DNA from: an uncultured delta proteobacterium
Lineage (GTDB): Bacteria > Myxococcota_A > UBA9160 > UBA4427
DNA length: 64,000 nt
Direction of reading: 5' to 3'
Assembly (NCBI GenBank): GCA_963822965.1
Contig: CAWGJT010000012.1
Span: 448,001-512,000 of the forward strand
The position numbers were made by a program, and so were the translations under genes. Below are positions 1 to 9,476 of this stretch, piece after piece. The notes below the pieces were generated by a model. The model made no database searches. It was not told where the DNA came from and was given only the letters and a program-made list of their open reading frames with translations. The number at the start of each line of letters is the position of its first letter. Position 1 is the stretch's first letter.

Positions 1-1339
1 TCTTCGCGATCTCCGGCGTGGGGTAGTCGGCCGGGTCGACGATGATCTCCTGGGCGAGGATCGTGAGGGCGACGGCCCGGCGGAAGTCCTCGACCTGGAA
101 CTCACCGCATTCCCCGTCCTCGGCGGCCGCCACGAAGGTCATCAGGTTGAGGCTGGCCAGATTGCAGGCGGTGTCGTCCAGGAACATGTACTCGGAGCAC
201 GGGTTGCTCGAGTTGATCCGACCCGAGTTCTTGACCGGGTTCCAGCGGTTGATCGTGGAGTCGTACTGGATCCCGGGATCCCCGCAGACGTGGGCGGCCT
301 CGGCCATCTCGCGCACCAGTTCCCGCGCCTTCAGGCTCTCCACCACCTCGCCCGTGGTCACGGCCTTGGTGGCCCAGCCGGCATCGGCCTCGGCCGCGTG
401 CATGAACTCGTCGGTGACCCGCACCGAGTGGTTCGCGTTCTGGAAGAAGATCGAGTCGTAGGCACCACCCGGGACGTTGAAGCCCCCGTCGTAGCCCGCA
501 TCGATCAGCGACCAGGCCTTCTTCTCCTCGTCGGCCTTCGAGTGGACGAACTCGCGGATGTCGGGATGGTCGACGTTGAGGATCACCATCTTGGCTGCAC
601 GGCGCGTCTTGCCGCCGGACTTGATCACGCCCGCGAAGGCGTCGAAGCCCTTCATGAACGAGACGGGACCGGAGGCCACGCCCCCGCCCGCGAGCAGCTC
701 GTGGGAGGAGCGGATCTTCGACAGGTTCGAGCCGGTGCCCGAGCCGCCCTTGAAGAGCATCGCCTCGGTCTTCGCGAGGGACATGATCGAGTCCATCGTG
801 TCGTCGACCGAGTTGATGAAGCAGGCGCTGGCCTGCTGCGGCGTGTTCGGCACCCCGAGGTTGAACCAGACCGGGCTGTTGAACGCCACCATCTGGTGTA
901 CCAGCATGTAGCTGAGCTCGTCCGAGAAGGTCTCCTCGTCCGCCGGGCTGGCGAAGTACCCGGCGTCGCGCCCCCATTCCGTGATCCGTCCGACCACGCG
1001 GCCGATCAGCTGGCGGACGCTCGTCTCGCGGCCCGGCGTGCCGATGTGACCGCGGAAGTACTTGGAGACCACGACGTTGGTCGCGAGCTGCGACCAGGAC
1101 CGGGGGATCTCGCAGTCGACCTGCTCGAAGACGGTCTCGCCCTTCTCGTTGCTGATGCGCGCGGTACGCAGCTCCCACTCGACGCTGTCGAACGGATCCG
1201 CCCCCTTCTGGGTGAAGTGGCGCGGGATGTGGAGACCCGCCGGCCGGGTCTTCCCGCTCTTGCTCCCGGCCACCTTCTTCGCGCCCTTCTGGCCCTTCGC
1301 GCCGCCTGCCGTGCTGTTCACCGCCTTCCCCCCGTTCAC
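1..1339 (-). CDS. nrdJ: Vitamin B12-dependent (class II) ribonucleotide reductase, 5' part; runs off the left edge of the window
   Basis: Not in the ORF track because there is no stop in the window. Manual translation gives RHFTQKGADPFDSVEWELRTARISNEKGETVFEQVDCEIPRSWSQLATNVVVSKYF...FNSPVWFN...SACFINSVDD...SNPCSEYMFLDDTACNLASLNL. Likely GTG start at 1339 (alternative 1321). Confidence 0.95.
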   Translation of the reverse strand, partial: MNGGKAVNSTAGGAKGQKGAKKVAGSKSGKTRPAGLHIPRHFTQKGADPFDSVEWELRTARISNEKGETVFEQVDCEIPRSWSQLATNVVVSKYFRGHIGTPGRETSVRQLIGRVVGRITEWGRDAGYFASPADEETFSDELSYMLVHQMVAFNSPVWFNLGVPNTPQQASACFINSVDDTMDSIMSLAKTEAMLFKGGSGTGSNLSKIRSSHELLAGGGVASGPVSFMKGFDAFAGVIKSGGKTRRAAKMVILNVDHPDIREFVHSKADEEKKAWSLIDAGYDGGFNVPGGAYDSIFFQNANHSVRVTDEFMHAAEADAGWATKAVTTGEVVESLKARELVREMAEAAHVCGDPGIQYDSTINRWNPVKNSGRINSSNPCSEYMFLDDTACNLASLNLMTFVAAAEDGECGEFQVEDFRRAVALTILAQEIIVDPADYPTPEIAK

Positions 1340-1775
1340 TGTCGTTTCCCCGCTCGCGGACTCTCGCCTCGCCCGCCTCGTTTCGTCCTCGACTCGAGCC
1401 CCCGCCGTTCGCGGCGCGGCCGACCCGGGCTCGTACCTCCGGCACCCGCCGCGCGACGGCCCATCAAGCTACCGGGCCCCCGTACGCCGCGATATGTGCC
1501 GGCGTGAAAAAACCATCGTTCGTCTTCCAGTCCGTCCGAGCCACCGGGACGACGACCCCCGCGCGTCCGCCGACCACCCCGGGCCGCGCGCGCCCGACTC
1601 CGCCGGACCGGACTTCGTCGCCGGTCTGGAGGGTGTGCTTGCGGGTGCGAGACGCTTCGGGGATCGAGAGCTCGGCCTGGCACGGGGCCGATCCGAGCGG
1701 CGGGTTCGTTGTCTCGAGGCTTCGGATCAAGGGCTTGCTCGTGGCTGGGATCGCGGGTGGGTCTTCTTGGGCGGG

Positions 1776-1905
1776 TCTCTCTCTGCTGCGTCTCTCTTTC
1801 TTTCTCTGTCTTTCTTTCTCTTCTCTTTCTCTCTTTCTCTCTTTCTTTCTCTCTTTGGCTTTGGCTCTTTCCGGTTCTCTGGCTCTTTCCGGTTCTTGCT
1901 TCCGG
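1776..1905. repeat. Low-complexity C/T tract (A/G-rich on the minus strand) followed by short GGCTCTTTCCGGTTCT-like repeats
   Basis: Directly visible run tctctctttctttctctgtctttctttctcttctctttctctctttc..., strongly different from the surrounding GC-rich sequence. Confidence 0.9.
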
Positions 1906-2084
1906 TTCGTCCGGCTCGTTCGGGCTTCCGATCCGGCGCAGATGAGAGAGGCGCCGGTCTCCCGGCGCCTCCGAGTCAGATTCAGGTCCTCCACCCTACT
2001 CTGTCTCGCGCCCCTCCCTCGCAACCGCCTAGTTGCGACCCCCCCAGGCTACAGGGAGGGACATCACATCCCCGTACGCCGTTC

Positions 2085-2113
2085 TTGATACTCTCGGCGC
2101 CAAATCGAGTCAA
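2085..2113 (-). promoter_or_regulatory. Candidate sigma70 promoter for the nrdJ transcript
   Basis: Minus strand TTGACT (2113-2108), 17-bp spacer, TATCAA (2090-2085), in a locally AT-rich patch. Confidence 0.6.
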
Positions 2114-2132
2114 TAGAAATTTCGCCGGTCAG

Positions 2133-2177
2133 CCACAAAATCTTGGGCCTGTATGCCCCATACACCACAAGTGGTTG
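2133..2177. promoter_or_regulatory. NrdR box (2133-2148) plus a weaker second box or IHF-like site (2162-2177)
   Basis: ccaCaAaATcTtGggc matches the NrdR consensus acaCwAtATaTwGtgt at all core positions. acaCcAcAagTgGttg matches partly. Both lie just upstream of the -35 of a ribonucleotide reductase gene. Confidence 0.6.
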
Positions 2178-2303
2178 AGTCTACAGGCTTCTCGGCCAAC
2201 GGGGAAGCGAACGCCGGCAGACCACACGCACCTTGCGGTCCGACCCGCTCGGAAATGAATGGGAAAATGGGCGCACACCCGGCGGGGCCGGGGGCCGGCC
2301 GCC

Positions 2304-2993
2304 TCAGGCGTCCTCGGGGAGCCCCGTCAGCCGGATCCCGAGCCCCTCGGGCGTCTTGTACCGGATGTTGAGCCCGATCAGGAGGGCGGTGATCTGCTCC
2401 ACGATCCTCGCATTGGCCAGGGGTCCGCCGTTGATCGCCCGCAGCCCCGGAACCAGCGGACACAGGGCCATCACGCGTTCGCGGGGTGCCTTGGCGCCGG
2501 AGACGATCACGTCGCACTCCACGGGCTCGTCGAGATGCTGGAGCCGGTGCGCGGACACGTTCTGGAAGGCGGACACCACCTCGACGCCGGCCGGGACCAG
2601 GCTGGCCAGCAGCTCCGCGCAGGAGCCCTGCCAGACGCCGACCGTCCGGACGGCCCCGTCGCCGATGGCGGCCGCCAGGGGCACCGCCATCGAGACCAGG
2701 ACCTTGCCGGGAGTGAGCTCGTCCCGGATGCCCTTCACGGTGGCCGCACTGTGCTCGAAAGGCACCGACAGGATGACGAGGTCGGCCTCGCGGGTGGCCT
2801 CGGCGTTGCCGAGTCCGACGACCTCGCCTCCGGGCACGGCGGCCAGCACCTCCTTGGCCGCCGCCTCCGCTCGTTCGGGCTTGCGCGAGCCGATCACCAC
2901 GCGCCGTCCGGCCCGGGCGAAGCGGAGCGCGAGCCCCAGCCCCTGGTCGCCGGTGCCGCCCAGGATCGCGATTGCATCGGATTGGCTCGTCAT
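2304..2993 (-). CDS. npdG: NADPH-dependent F420 reductase (F420H2:NADP+ oxidoreductase family)
   Basis: IAILGGTGDQGLGLALRFARAG Rossmann start, IGSR, VVSAFQNVSA, and GIRLTGL C-terminus. Confidence 0.85.
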   Translation of the reverse strand: MTSQSDAIAILGGTGDQGLGLALRFARAGRRVVIGSRKPERAEAAAKEVLAAVPGGEVVGLGNAEATREADLVILSVPFEHSAATVKGIRDELTPGKVLVSMAVPLAAAIGDGAVRTVGVWQGSCAELLASLVPAGVEVVSAFQNVSAHRLQHLDEPVECDVIVSGAKAPRERVMALCPLVPGLRAINGGPLANARIVEQITALLIGLNIRYKTPEGLGIRLTGLPEDA

Positions 2994-3028
2994 GCGGGCG
3001 AAGCTAGCACGACGGCTATTCTCGGGCC

Positions 3029-3352
3029 GTGTCCGCCGACCCGACGACCACCCCCGCCCGCATCTTCCAGCACGGACCGCGCGAGCTGGCGATCGACTGG
3101 CAGGACGGGCGGAAGAGCGTGTACGACGTCCGCGCGCTGCGGCTGGCGTGCGGGTGCGCGTCGTGCGTCGACGAGTGGACCGGCGAGAACCGTCTGGACC
3201 CGTCCGCCGTTCCCGACGACGTCCACCCCCTGCGCATCGACCCGGTGGGTCGCTACGCGATCCAGATCGAGTGGAGCGACGGTCATTCCTCGGGCATCTA
3301 TCCCTTCCGCCGCCTGCGAGAGCTGTCCACGACGGCGGCCGCATCCGCGTGA
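3029..3352 (+). CDS. DUF971 / gamma-butyrobetaine hydroxylase N-terminal-like protein
   Basis: LRLACGCASC and VGRYAIQIEWSDGHSSGIYPF motifs. Confidence 0.85.
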   Translation: MSADPTTTPARIFQHGPRELAIDWQDGRKSVYDVRALRLACGCASCVDEWTGENRLDPSAVPDDVHPLRIDPVGRYAIQIEWSDGHSSGIYPFRRLRELSTTAAASA

Positions 3353-4155
3353 GCCGCAGGTCGACGCCGCAGCTCTCGCGGGACGAGCTCGTGCAGGCCG
3401 CCCGGGTGGCCGAGCGGGCGGCGGATCGCGCGCGCCGGGAGACCCTGTCGCGCTTCCGGGCCGTCGAGGTGGAGACCAAGTCCGACGGATCGCCGGTCAC
3501 CGAGGCGGACCGGGCGGCGGAGCGGGCGATCCGCGCGGTGCTCCAGGAGTCCTATCCCGACTTCGGAATCCTGGGCGAGGAGTACGGTGCGCAGGACGTC
3601 TCCGACGGTCGGCCCTGCTGGGTGATCGACCCGATCGACGGAACGATCTGCTACTCGCGGGGCATTCCGCTCTTCTCGACCCTGATCGCGCTGGTGGTGG
3701 GCGGTCCGCAGGGAGTGAGCGGCCGCTCGGTGGTGGGTCTCATCGACCTTCCGGCCCTGGACGAGCGCTACGTCGGCTTCACGGGCGGCGAGTGCCTCCG
3801 CAACGGCAAGCCCGTGCGCGTCTCCGCACAGGGGGACCTGGCCCGGGCGATCGTCTCCCACGGCGATCCCTTCTGCTTCGACCGCGCCGGCCAGCGCGCG
3901 GGCTTCGAGCGCATGGCCCGGGAGATCCCGATGCTGCGCGGCTACACCGACGCCTTCGGGCACAGCCAGGTGCTCGCGGGAGGCGTGGACGCGATGGTCG
4001 ACTTCGACCTGAATCCGTGGGACGTCGCCGCCACCGACGTGCTGATCCGCGAGGCGGGCGGCGACTGCCGCACCTACCGGCAGGACAACGGCAAGGTCGG
4101 CATCGTGATCGGCAGCCCCGCCCTCGTCGAGCAGCTCGCCTCGTTCTTCGTCTGA
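3349..4155 (+). CDS. hisN: Inositol monophosphatase family, histidinol-phosphatase-like
   Basis: KSDGSPVTEADRAAE, GILGEEYG, WVIDPIDGT, WDVAA. GTG start overlaps the upstream stop (GTGA). Confidence 0.75.
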   Translation: MSRRSTPQLSRDELVQAARVAERAADRARRETLSRFRAVEVETKSDGSPVTEADRAAERAIRAVLQESYPDFGILGEEYGAQDVSDGRPCWVIDPIDGTICYSRGIPLFSTLIALVVGGPQGVSGRSVVGLIDLPALDERYVGFTGGECLRNGKPVRVSAQGDLARAIVSHGDPFCFDRAGQRAGFERMAREIPMLRGYTDAFGHSQVLAGGVDAMVDFDLNPWDVAATDVLIREAGGDCRTYRQDNGKVGIVIGSPALVEQLASFFV

Positions 4156-4336
4156 TCCTCCCCCGGAGCCGGGGCCGGCCCGACGCGCCCCGCTACGGCG
4201 GGCTTCGAAGCCCGGACGGTGCGCTATTCTGGCGCGTCCCGCGCTGCGCATCGCCGCCCGCGCGCCGGGGCGCCCCAGGCGACACCGCAGAACCGGCCAG
4301 ACCGGAAGACGCCGTACACAAGGAAAGGCTCGCCCG

Positions 4337-5986
4337 ATGACCGCCACCTCCCATCCCACCCTCTCCGACGCCCGCAGCCTGCTCGCCGCCGGCGAGCAGC
4401 TCTTCGAGAAGGCCCTCGCCAGCGCGAAGGAGATCACCGAGAACGGCCGCACGATCGACGACCACCAGGTACTCACCGAGCGCATCGCCTACGCGGCGAC
4501 GGAGGTTCGCGCGGCCCGGGAGGTGCTCGACTACGCCGACGCCGTGGTCGCAGAAGGGCGCAGCACGGAAGCCCTGGAGCGCCTGTGGGCCACCTCCGCG
4601 GCCGAGCTGGTGGCCAGCCTGCGAGATCGTCTCGAGCCGGCGGTCGACGAGCTGGGCATCGGCGACGACGCGCTCGAGCAGGCCTTCCCGGCCGAGGTGC
4701 GCAAGCTGCTGCGCGCCGCCACCCACGAGTCGGTGTTCCGCGCCATCGGCGCCCACGTCGCGGAGACCCGGGGCGCGAACGACACCCCCCTCGAGGAGAT
4801 GCTCGAGCAGGTGCGGGAGCAGGTCCGGGAGTTCGCCCGCAGCGAGGTGATGCCGCACGCCGAGCACATCCACCGCCAGGACGAGATCGTTCCCGAGGAG
4901 TTCATCGAGAAGATGTCCGAGCTCGGCTTCTTCGGGCTGTCCGTCCCCGAGGAGTACGGCGGCGTCGAGATGGGCAATCTCGCCATGATCCTGACCACCG
5001 AGGAGCTCTCGCGCGCCTCCCTCGCGGCGGCGGGCTCGCTCATCACGCGCCCCGAGATCCTCACGAAGGCCCTGATGGGCGGCGGCACCGAGGAGCAGAA
5101 GAAGCACTGGCTACCGCGGCTCGCGTCGGGCGAGGTCATGGTGGGCATCTCGGTGACCGAGCCGGACTACGGCAGCGACGTGGCGAGCATCAAGTGTCGC
5201 GCCGAGCGGCGAACGGTGGACGGCCGGGACGGCTGGGTGATCGACGGCGCCAAGGCCTGGTGCACGTTCGCGGGCCGGGCCAACGTGCTGGCGGTGCTTT
5301 GCCGCACCGATCCCGACCAGCCCGGCGCACGCGGACTCTCGCTCTTCATCGTTCCGAAGGAGCCCGACTGGGGCCATGCGTTCGAGACGGTGCAGCCGAC
5401 GGGCGGCCGCATCGTCGGCAAGGCCGACGCCACGCCGGGCTACCGGGGCATGCACTCGTTCACCCTGAACTTCGAGAGCTACTTCGTGCCCGCGGAGAAC
5501 CTCGTGGGCGGCGACGACGGGCTCGGCAAGGGCTTCTACCTGCAGATGGCGGGCTTCGCGGCCGGTCGGCTCCAGACGGGCGGCCGTGGCTGCGGGGTCG
5601 CCCAGGCGGCGCTCGAGGAGACCGCGCGCTACGTGGTGGACCGCAACCAGTTCGGTCACCCGATCGCGGAGTTCCAGCTCACCCAGTACCACCTCGGCCG
5701 CATGGCGACCCAGCTCGCCGGCGCCCGCGCGATCACCTACCAGGCGGCGCGCGAGATGGACGAGGACGAACGCGCGGCCGCCCCGCTCGCCGCCCAGGCG
5801 AAGCTGCTGGCCTGCGACGTCGCGGTCACGACGACGCAGATCGGCCAGCTGCTGCACGGGGGCTGGGGCTACGCCGAGGAGTACCCGATCAGCCGCTACG
5901 TGGTGGACGCCCAGGTGCTGCCGATCTTCGAGGGCGTGAAGGCGACGATCGAGCTGAAAGTGATCGGACGCGCCGTCCTGGCCTGA
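4337..5986 (+). CDS. Acyl-CoA dehydrogenase, long form with N-terminal extension (methylsuccinyl-CoA dehydrogenase-like)
   Basis: GLSVPEEYGG, TEPDYGSD, RNQFGHPI, HGGWGYAEEYPISRY, IFEG. 549 aa. Substrate not established. Confidence 0.85.
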   Translation: MTATSHPTLSDARSLLAAGEQLFEKALASAKEITENGRTIDDHQVLTERIAYAATEVRAAREVLDYADAVVAEGRSTEALERLWATSAAELVASLRDRLEPAVDELGIGDDALEQAFPAEVRKLLRAATHESVFRAIGAHVAETRGANDTPLEEMLEQVREQVREFARSEVMPHAEHIHRQDEIVPEEFIEKMSELGFFGLSVPEEYGGVEMGNLAMILTTEELSRASLAAAGSLITRPEILTKALMGGGTEEQKKHWLPRLASGEVMVGISVTEPDYGSDVASIKCRAERRTVDGRDGWVIDGAKAWCTFAGRANVLAVLCRTDPDQPGARGLSLFIVPKEPDWGHAFETVQPTGGRIVGKADATPGYRGMHSFTLNFESYFVPAENLVGGDDGLGKGFYLQMAGFAAGRLQTGGRGCGVAQAALEETARYVVDRNQFGHPIAEFQLTQYHLGRMATQLAGARAITYQAAREMDEDERAAAPLAAQAKLLACDVAVTTTQIGQLLHGGWGYAEEYPISRYVVDAQVLPIFEGVKATIELKVIGRAVLA

Positions 5987-6013
5987 TCCGCAGAGCCGGT
6001 GCGCGCGCGGACG

Positions 6014-6165
6014 CTTCGGTCGCGCGGGCCGATCCGTCTTCTTCGGTCGCGCGGGCCGATCCGTCTTCTTCGGTCGCGCGGGCCGATCCGTCTTCTTCGG
6101 TCGCGCGGGCCGATCCGTCTTCTTCGGTCGCGCGGGCCGATCCGTCTTCTTCGGTCGCGCGGGCC
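6014..6165. repeat. 27-bp perfect tandem repeat, 5 full copies plus 17 bp
   Basis: Unit CTTCGGTCGCGCGGGCCGATCCGTCTT at 6014, 6041, 6068, 6095, 6122, partial at 6149. No spacers. Confidence 0.97.
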
Positions 6166-6167
6166 CG

Positions 6168-7475
6168 TCAATCGTCTTCGGCGAAGAACGACGTCAGGAG
6201 CTGGATCATCGGGGCCACGTCCGCGGCGCCGGCCATCTCGCGGCAGCTGTGCATCGAGAGCATCGGGTTGCCCACGTCGACGGTTCGCAGGCCCAGGCGC
6301 GCGGCGGTGATCGGACCGATCGTCGATCCGCACGCCAGGTCGCTGCGGGTCACGAAGTACTGGGGCTCGATCTCGTTCTCCGCGCAGAGAGAGGCGAAGA
6401 AGCCTCCGGAAGCGGAGTCGGTCGCATAGGACTGGTTGGCGTTGACCTTGATCACCGGGCCGCCGCCGATCACGGGCGTGTGGCCTCCCTCGTGCTTGTC
6501 CGCGTAGTTGGGATGGACGGCGTGGGCCATGTCCGCCGAGACCAGCAACGAGCCGGCGATGGCGCGCGGCAGCCCCTGGGGCTCTCCGCCCTTGAAGCCG
6601 GCGACGGTCCGCTCGAGCGCGTCCGCGAGCAGCGTCCCGGCGGCGCCCTGGGCGCTGCGGCTCCCGACCTCCTCGTGGTCGTACAGCACGACCACGCGGG
6701 TGAAGCGCGGCAGCCGGCGTTCCCCGGCGCGAAGCAGGGCCGTCAGGCCGGCATGACACGAGGCCAGGTTGTCGAGCCGGGGCGCGTGGATGAACTCGCC
6801 CCTCGCACCCGAGACCCCCGATGCCTGGGTGTCGTAGGCCATCAGATCGAAGGCGAGGACCTTCTCGGTCGGAAACTCGGAGATGCCCTGGGCGCGCAGC
6901 TCGATGGCGACGAGATCGCGCAGGTCGGGGGCGCCCTCCAGGCCGAGCACCGGCGCCAGGTGCTGCTGGGCGTTCAGCTTCAGGCCTTCGGTCGCGATCT
7001 CGCGCGAGAGATGGATGGCGAGATTCGGGACCCGCAGCAGGGGGCGGCCGAAATCGAGCAGCAGCGTCTCGACGCCCGCCCGGCTCCGCACCGTGACGCG
7101 CCCGGCCAGGGACAGATCGCGGTCGAGCCAGGTGTGGAGGAGCACGCCGCCGTAGGGCTCGACGGCGAGCTGCCGGTAGCCGTGCGCGCTGACGTCGGGC
7201 AGGGGCTTGAGCCGCAGGTTGGGTGAATCCGTGTGGGCCCCGACGATGCGGAAGCCGCCGGTCGCGGGGGACTCGCTTCCCACCTCGAAGGCGACCAGGC
7301 TTCCCTCGTTGCGGACCACGTAGTGCCGGGCACCCGGCTCGAGGTCCCACACGTCGCTCTCCGAGAGCGCCCGGTAGCCCTGCTGCTCGAGGCGGTGCAC
7401 CGACTCCGCCACCGCGTGATAGGGCGTCGGCGAGAGATCGATGTAGCCCAGCAGATCGGCCACGGACTCGGACAT
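6168..7475 (-). CDS. apeB: M18 family (aspartyl) aminopeptidase
   Basis: SPTPYHAV, GAHTDSP, RLDNLAS, DHEEVGS, SADMAHAVHPNY, CGSTIGP, SMHSCRE. Confidence 0.92.
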   Translation of the reverse strand: MSESVADLLGYIDLSPTPYHAVAESVHRLEQQGYRALSESDVWDLEPGARHYVVRNEGSLVAFEVGSESPATGGFRIVGAHTDSPNLRLKPLPDVSAHGYRQLAVEPYGGVLLHTWLDRDLSLAGRVTVRSRAGVETLLLDFGRPLLRVPNLAIHLSREIATEGLKLNAQQHLAPVLGLEGAPDLRDLVAIELRAQGISEFPTEKVLAFDLMAYDTQASGVSGARGEFIHAPRLDNLASCHAGLTALLRAGERRLPRFTRVVVLYDHEEVGSRSAQGAAGTLLADALERTVAGFKGGEPQGLPRAIAGSLLVSADMAHAVHPNYADKHEGGHTPVIGGGPVIKVNANQSYATDSASGGFFASLCAENEIEPQYFVTRSDLACGSTIGPITAARLGLRTVDVGNPMLSMHSCREMAGAADVAPMIQLLTSFFAEDD

Positions 7476-7518
7476 GGGGCGAGCATAGCGGCCGCGGGAC
7501 GGGCCGCGCCGGCTTCGA

Positions 7519-8415
7519 CTAGCGCGGCCTGCGGTGGACCCGGCGACGGCCATAGAAGGCGAGCCCCACGAGGCCCAGGCCGGTCAGCAGCGCCGGCTGC
7601 GGCTCCGGCACGACCCGTGTGTTGAGCTGGATCGTCTGCGAGCCGAACGCCGCGAGGCTGCGGTCGAACTGGTAGGCGCCGCTGAAGTCCGAGGGCCCGA
7701 AGGTCGCGGACGTGTCGTTCAGGTCCTGGGCCGACGTCATGTTGTTGAGCGCGGTGCGAACGCTCGGGTACGTGCCCACCTGGAAGTGGTCGGCCGTACC
7801 GGACCCGACCGACCACACGAACAGGGCCGTGGGATCGTCGGCGTCGGTCAAGGTCATGCGGGACAGGTTCGAGGACGCGAGGTCGTCGCCGAAGTCGGCC
7901 GCACCGCCCAGATCGAGGTCGAGGTAGGTGTAGAGCGACACGTCGATGGCGGAGGCGGTCGTGTTGGTAAGCGTGATGTCCCAGCCGAGCCGGTCGACGT
8001 CCTGCGCCGACGTGTCGTCGATCAGATCGAACGTGTAGTCCACGGTGATCGCGCCGGTCGTCAGCCCGAGCGCCGCGGCCCCGGCCGCGCTGAGCGTGAG
8101 CTGCGAGACCGCCGAGGTGCCCGCCTGGGAGATCGCGCTGCTGACGCTGAAGTTCGTCGAGTCGATCCGGACGTGCCCCGAGGCCGTCCCGAGGTAGCCG
8201 AACATCTGGAAGAGCTCGTCGGTCACCCCGCTGTCGAAGGTCAGGACGCCGGTCTCGGACGCCGGCGACTCGGTGCCCTGGGCGTCGAAGCCGTAGCTGC
8301 CGAGGTTCGCGACGGTGACGTCGCCCACGACCATGTCGAGGGCGTGGGCCGGGCCCGCTGCCAGGCCCGACAGCAGGAGCCCGATCGCCAGAACCCTGGT
8401 GGTGTTGCTGCCCAT
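7519..8415 (-). CDS. PEP-CTERM sorting domain secreted protein
   Basis: Signal peptide ending AHA, S/T/D-rich beta body, C-terminal VPEP + hydrophobic helix + RRRVHRRPR. Confidence 0.9.
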   Translation of the reverse strand: MGSNTTRVLAIGLLLSGLAAGPAHALDMVVGDVTVANLGSYGFDAQGTESPASETGVLTFDSGVTDELFQMFGYLGTASGHVRIDSTNFSVSSAISQAGTSAVSQLTLSAAGAAALGLTTGAITVDYTFDLIDDTSAQDVDRLGWDITLTNTTASAIDVSLYTYLDLDLGGAADFGDDLASSNLSRMTLTDADDPTALFVWSVGSGTADHFQVGTYPSVRTALNNMTSAQDLNDTSATFGPSDFSGAYQFDRSLAAFGSQTIQLNTRVVPEPQPALLTGLGLVGLAFYGRRRVHRRPR

Positions 8416-8516
8416 CCGACTGCTCCCTGGGATTCCTCCGCGCGAACCGGCGCGGCCGAATCACCCCAGAGCTATCGGAGTCGTCGTCCTTGATCCTGAG
8501 AATTACGTGGTGGAAA

Positions 8517-9353
8517 TCACGCTATCGTGGGGGCTGGGACCCTCAGTGAGGCCTGAGAGCGGCCCCGGCGGGTGACCGCAAGTCTCCTCTCGGCGATCTT
8601 CTCGGCGGTCACCCCGTGGGAATGCTCGCGGTTCAGTCGTGCCTCGATGCGGCGTCCTTCCGCGAGGGTCTCTGCCAGCCCCCGGTCGATCAGGGCCTTG
8701 TAGGCGGAGACCATCTCGGGGAGGCAGGACATCATGTCGGCCGCCAGCGCGCGGCAGCTGGGCAGCAGCTCCTCGGGCGGGACCACCCGATTCACCAGCC
8801 CCCAACGCTCGGCCTGGGCTGCGTCGACGAAGTTGCCGGTGAGGGAGAGCTCCTTGGCACGATAGACCCCGAGGAGCCGTGGCAGCTTCTGACTCAGCCC
8901 CCAGCCCGGCAGGATGCCGACCCGCGCATGGGTGTCGGCGAAGCGCGCGTGGGTCGAGGCGATGAGCACGTCGCACGCGAGCGCGAGCTCGAAGCCGCCG
9001 GTGATCGCGACGCCGTTGATGGCGCCGATGATCGGGCGGTCGAACCCCTCGATGGCCGCGATCAGGTCCCCGCCGCCCCCCGCGGCCCGGGCGGCGTCGT
9101 CCGCCGCCGCGCCCGGCTCGCCCGCGAGCTCCTTCAGGTCGAGGCCGGCGCAGAACGCGCGATCTCCGGCGCCCGTGAGGATGACCACGCGCACCGAGTC
9201 GTCGGCGGCGAGGGCCTCGAAGACCTCGAGCAGGTGGCGTCGCAGCTCGCTGGAGAGCGCGTTCATGGCCCGCGGGCGGTTGAGCGTGAGGGTGGCGACG
9301 CCGTCCGCGTGCTCGACGAGCAGGACGGCTTCGGACGATCGGGTGGGGGACAC
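8517..9353 (-). CDS. Enoyl-CoA hydratase/isomerase
   Basis: TLNRPRAMNAL, AFCAGLDLKE, GGFELALACD, GLVNRVVP. GTG start after a GAGGAG RBS. Confidence 0.9.
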   Translation of the reverse strand: MSPTRSSEAVLLVEHADGVATLTLNRPRAMNALSSELRRHLLEVFEALAADDSVRVVILTGAGDRAFCAGLDLKELAGEPGAAADDAARAAGGGGDLIAAIEGFDRPIIGAINGVAITGGFELALACDVLIASTHARFADTHARVGILPGWGLSQKLPRLLGVYRAKELSLTGNFVDAAQAERWGLVNRVVPPEELLPSCRALAADMMSCLPEMVSAYKALIDRGLAETLAEGRRIEARLNREHSHGVTAEKIAERRLAVTRRGRSQASLRVPAPTIA

Positions 9354-9476
9354 GCGGGAGCTCCTCGGAGGAAGGCCGGGGACGGCGGTGGCTGGGCGCC
9401 CCAGCATACCCCGGTCCGCCCGGGCGCCGAGCCGGCGACGGCCGCGGAGGCAGGGCGCTGAAGAGCCGGTACCTCG

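Noticed and set aside
1464..2024. 186-aa K/E/R-rich ORF as a confident gene
   Set aside because: Its charged stretch is simply the translation of the A/G tract; no family motif or clear RBS. Kept only as an alternative in the leader finding.
1340..2090. Cobalamin riboswitch in the nrdJ leader
   Set aside because: No GGGAA/GCCACTG/B12-box motifs in the right order were found on the minus strand.
6014..6165. Possible CRISPR array
   Set aside because: Units abut directly with no unique spacers, and there are no cas genes in the window.
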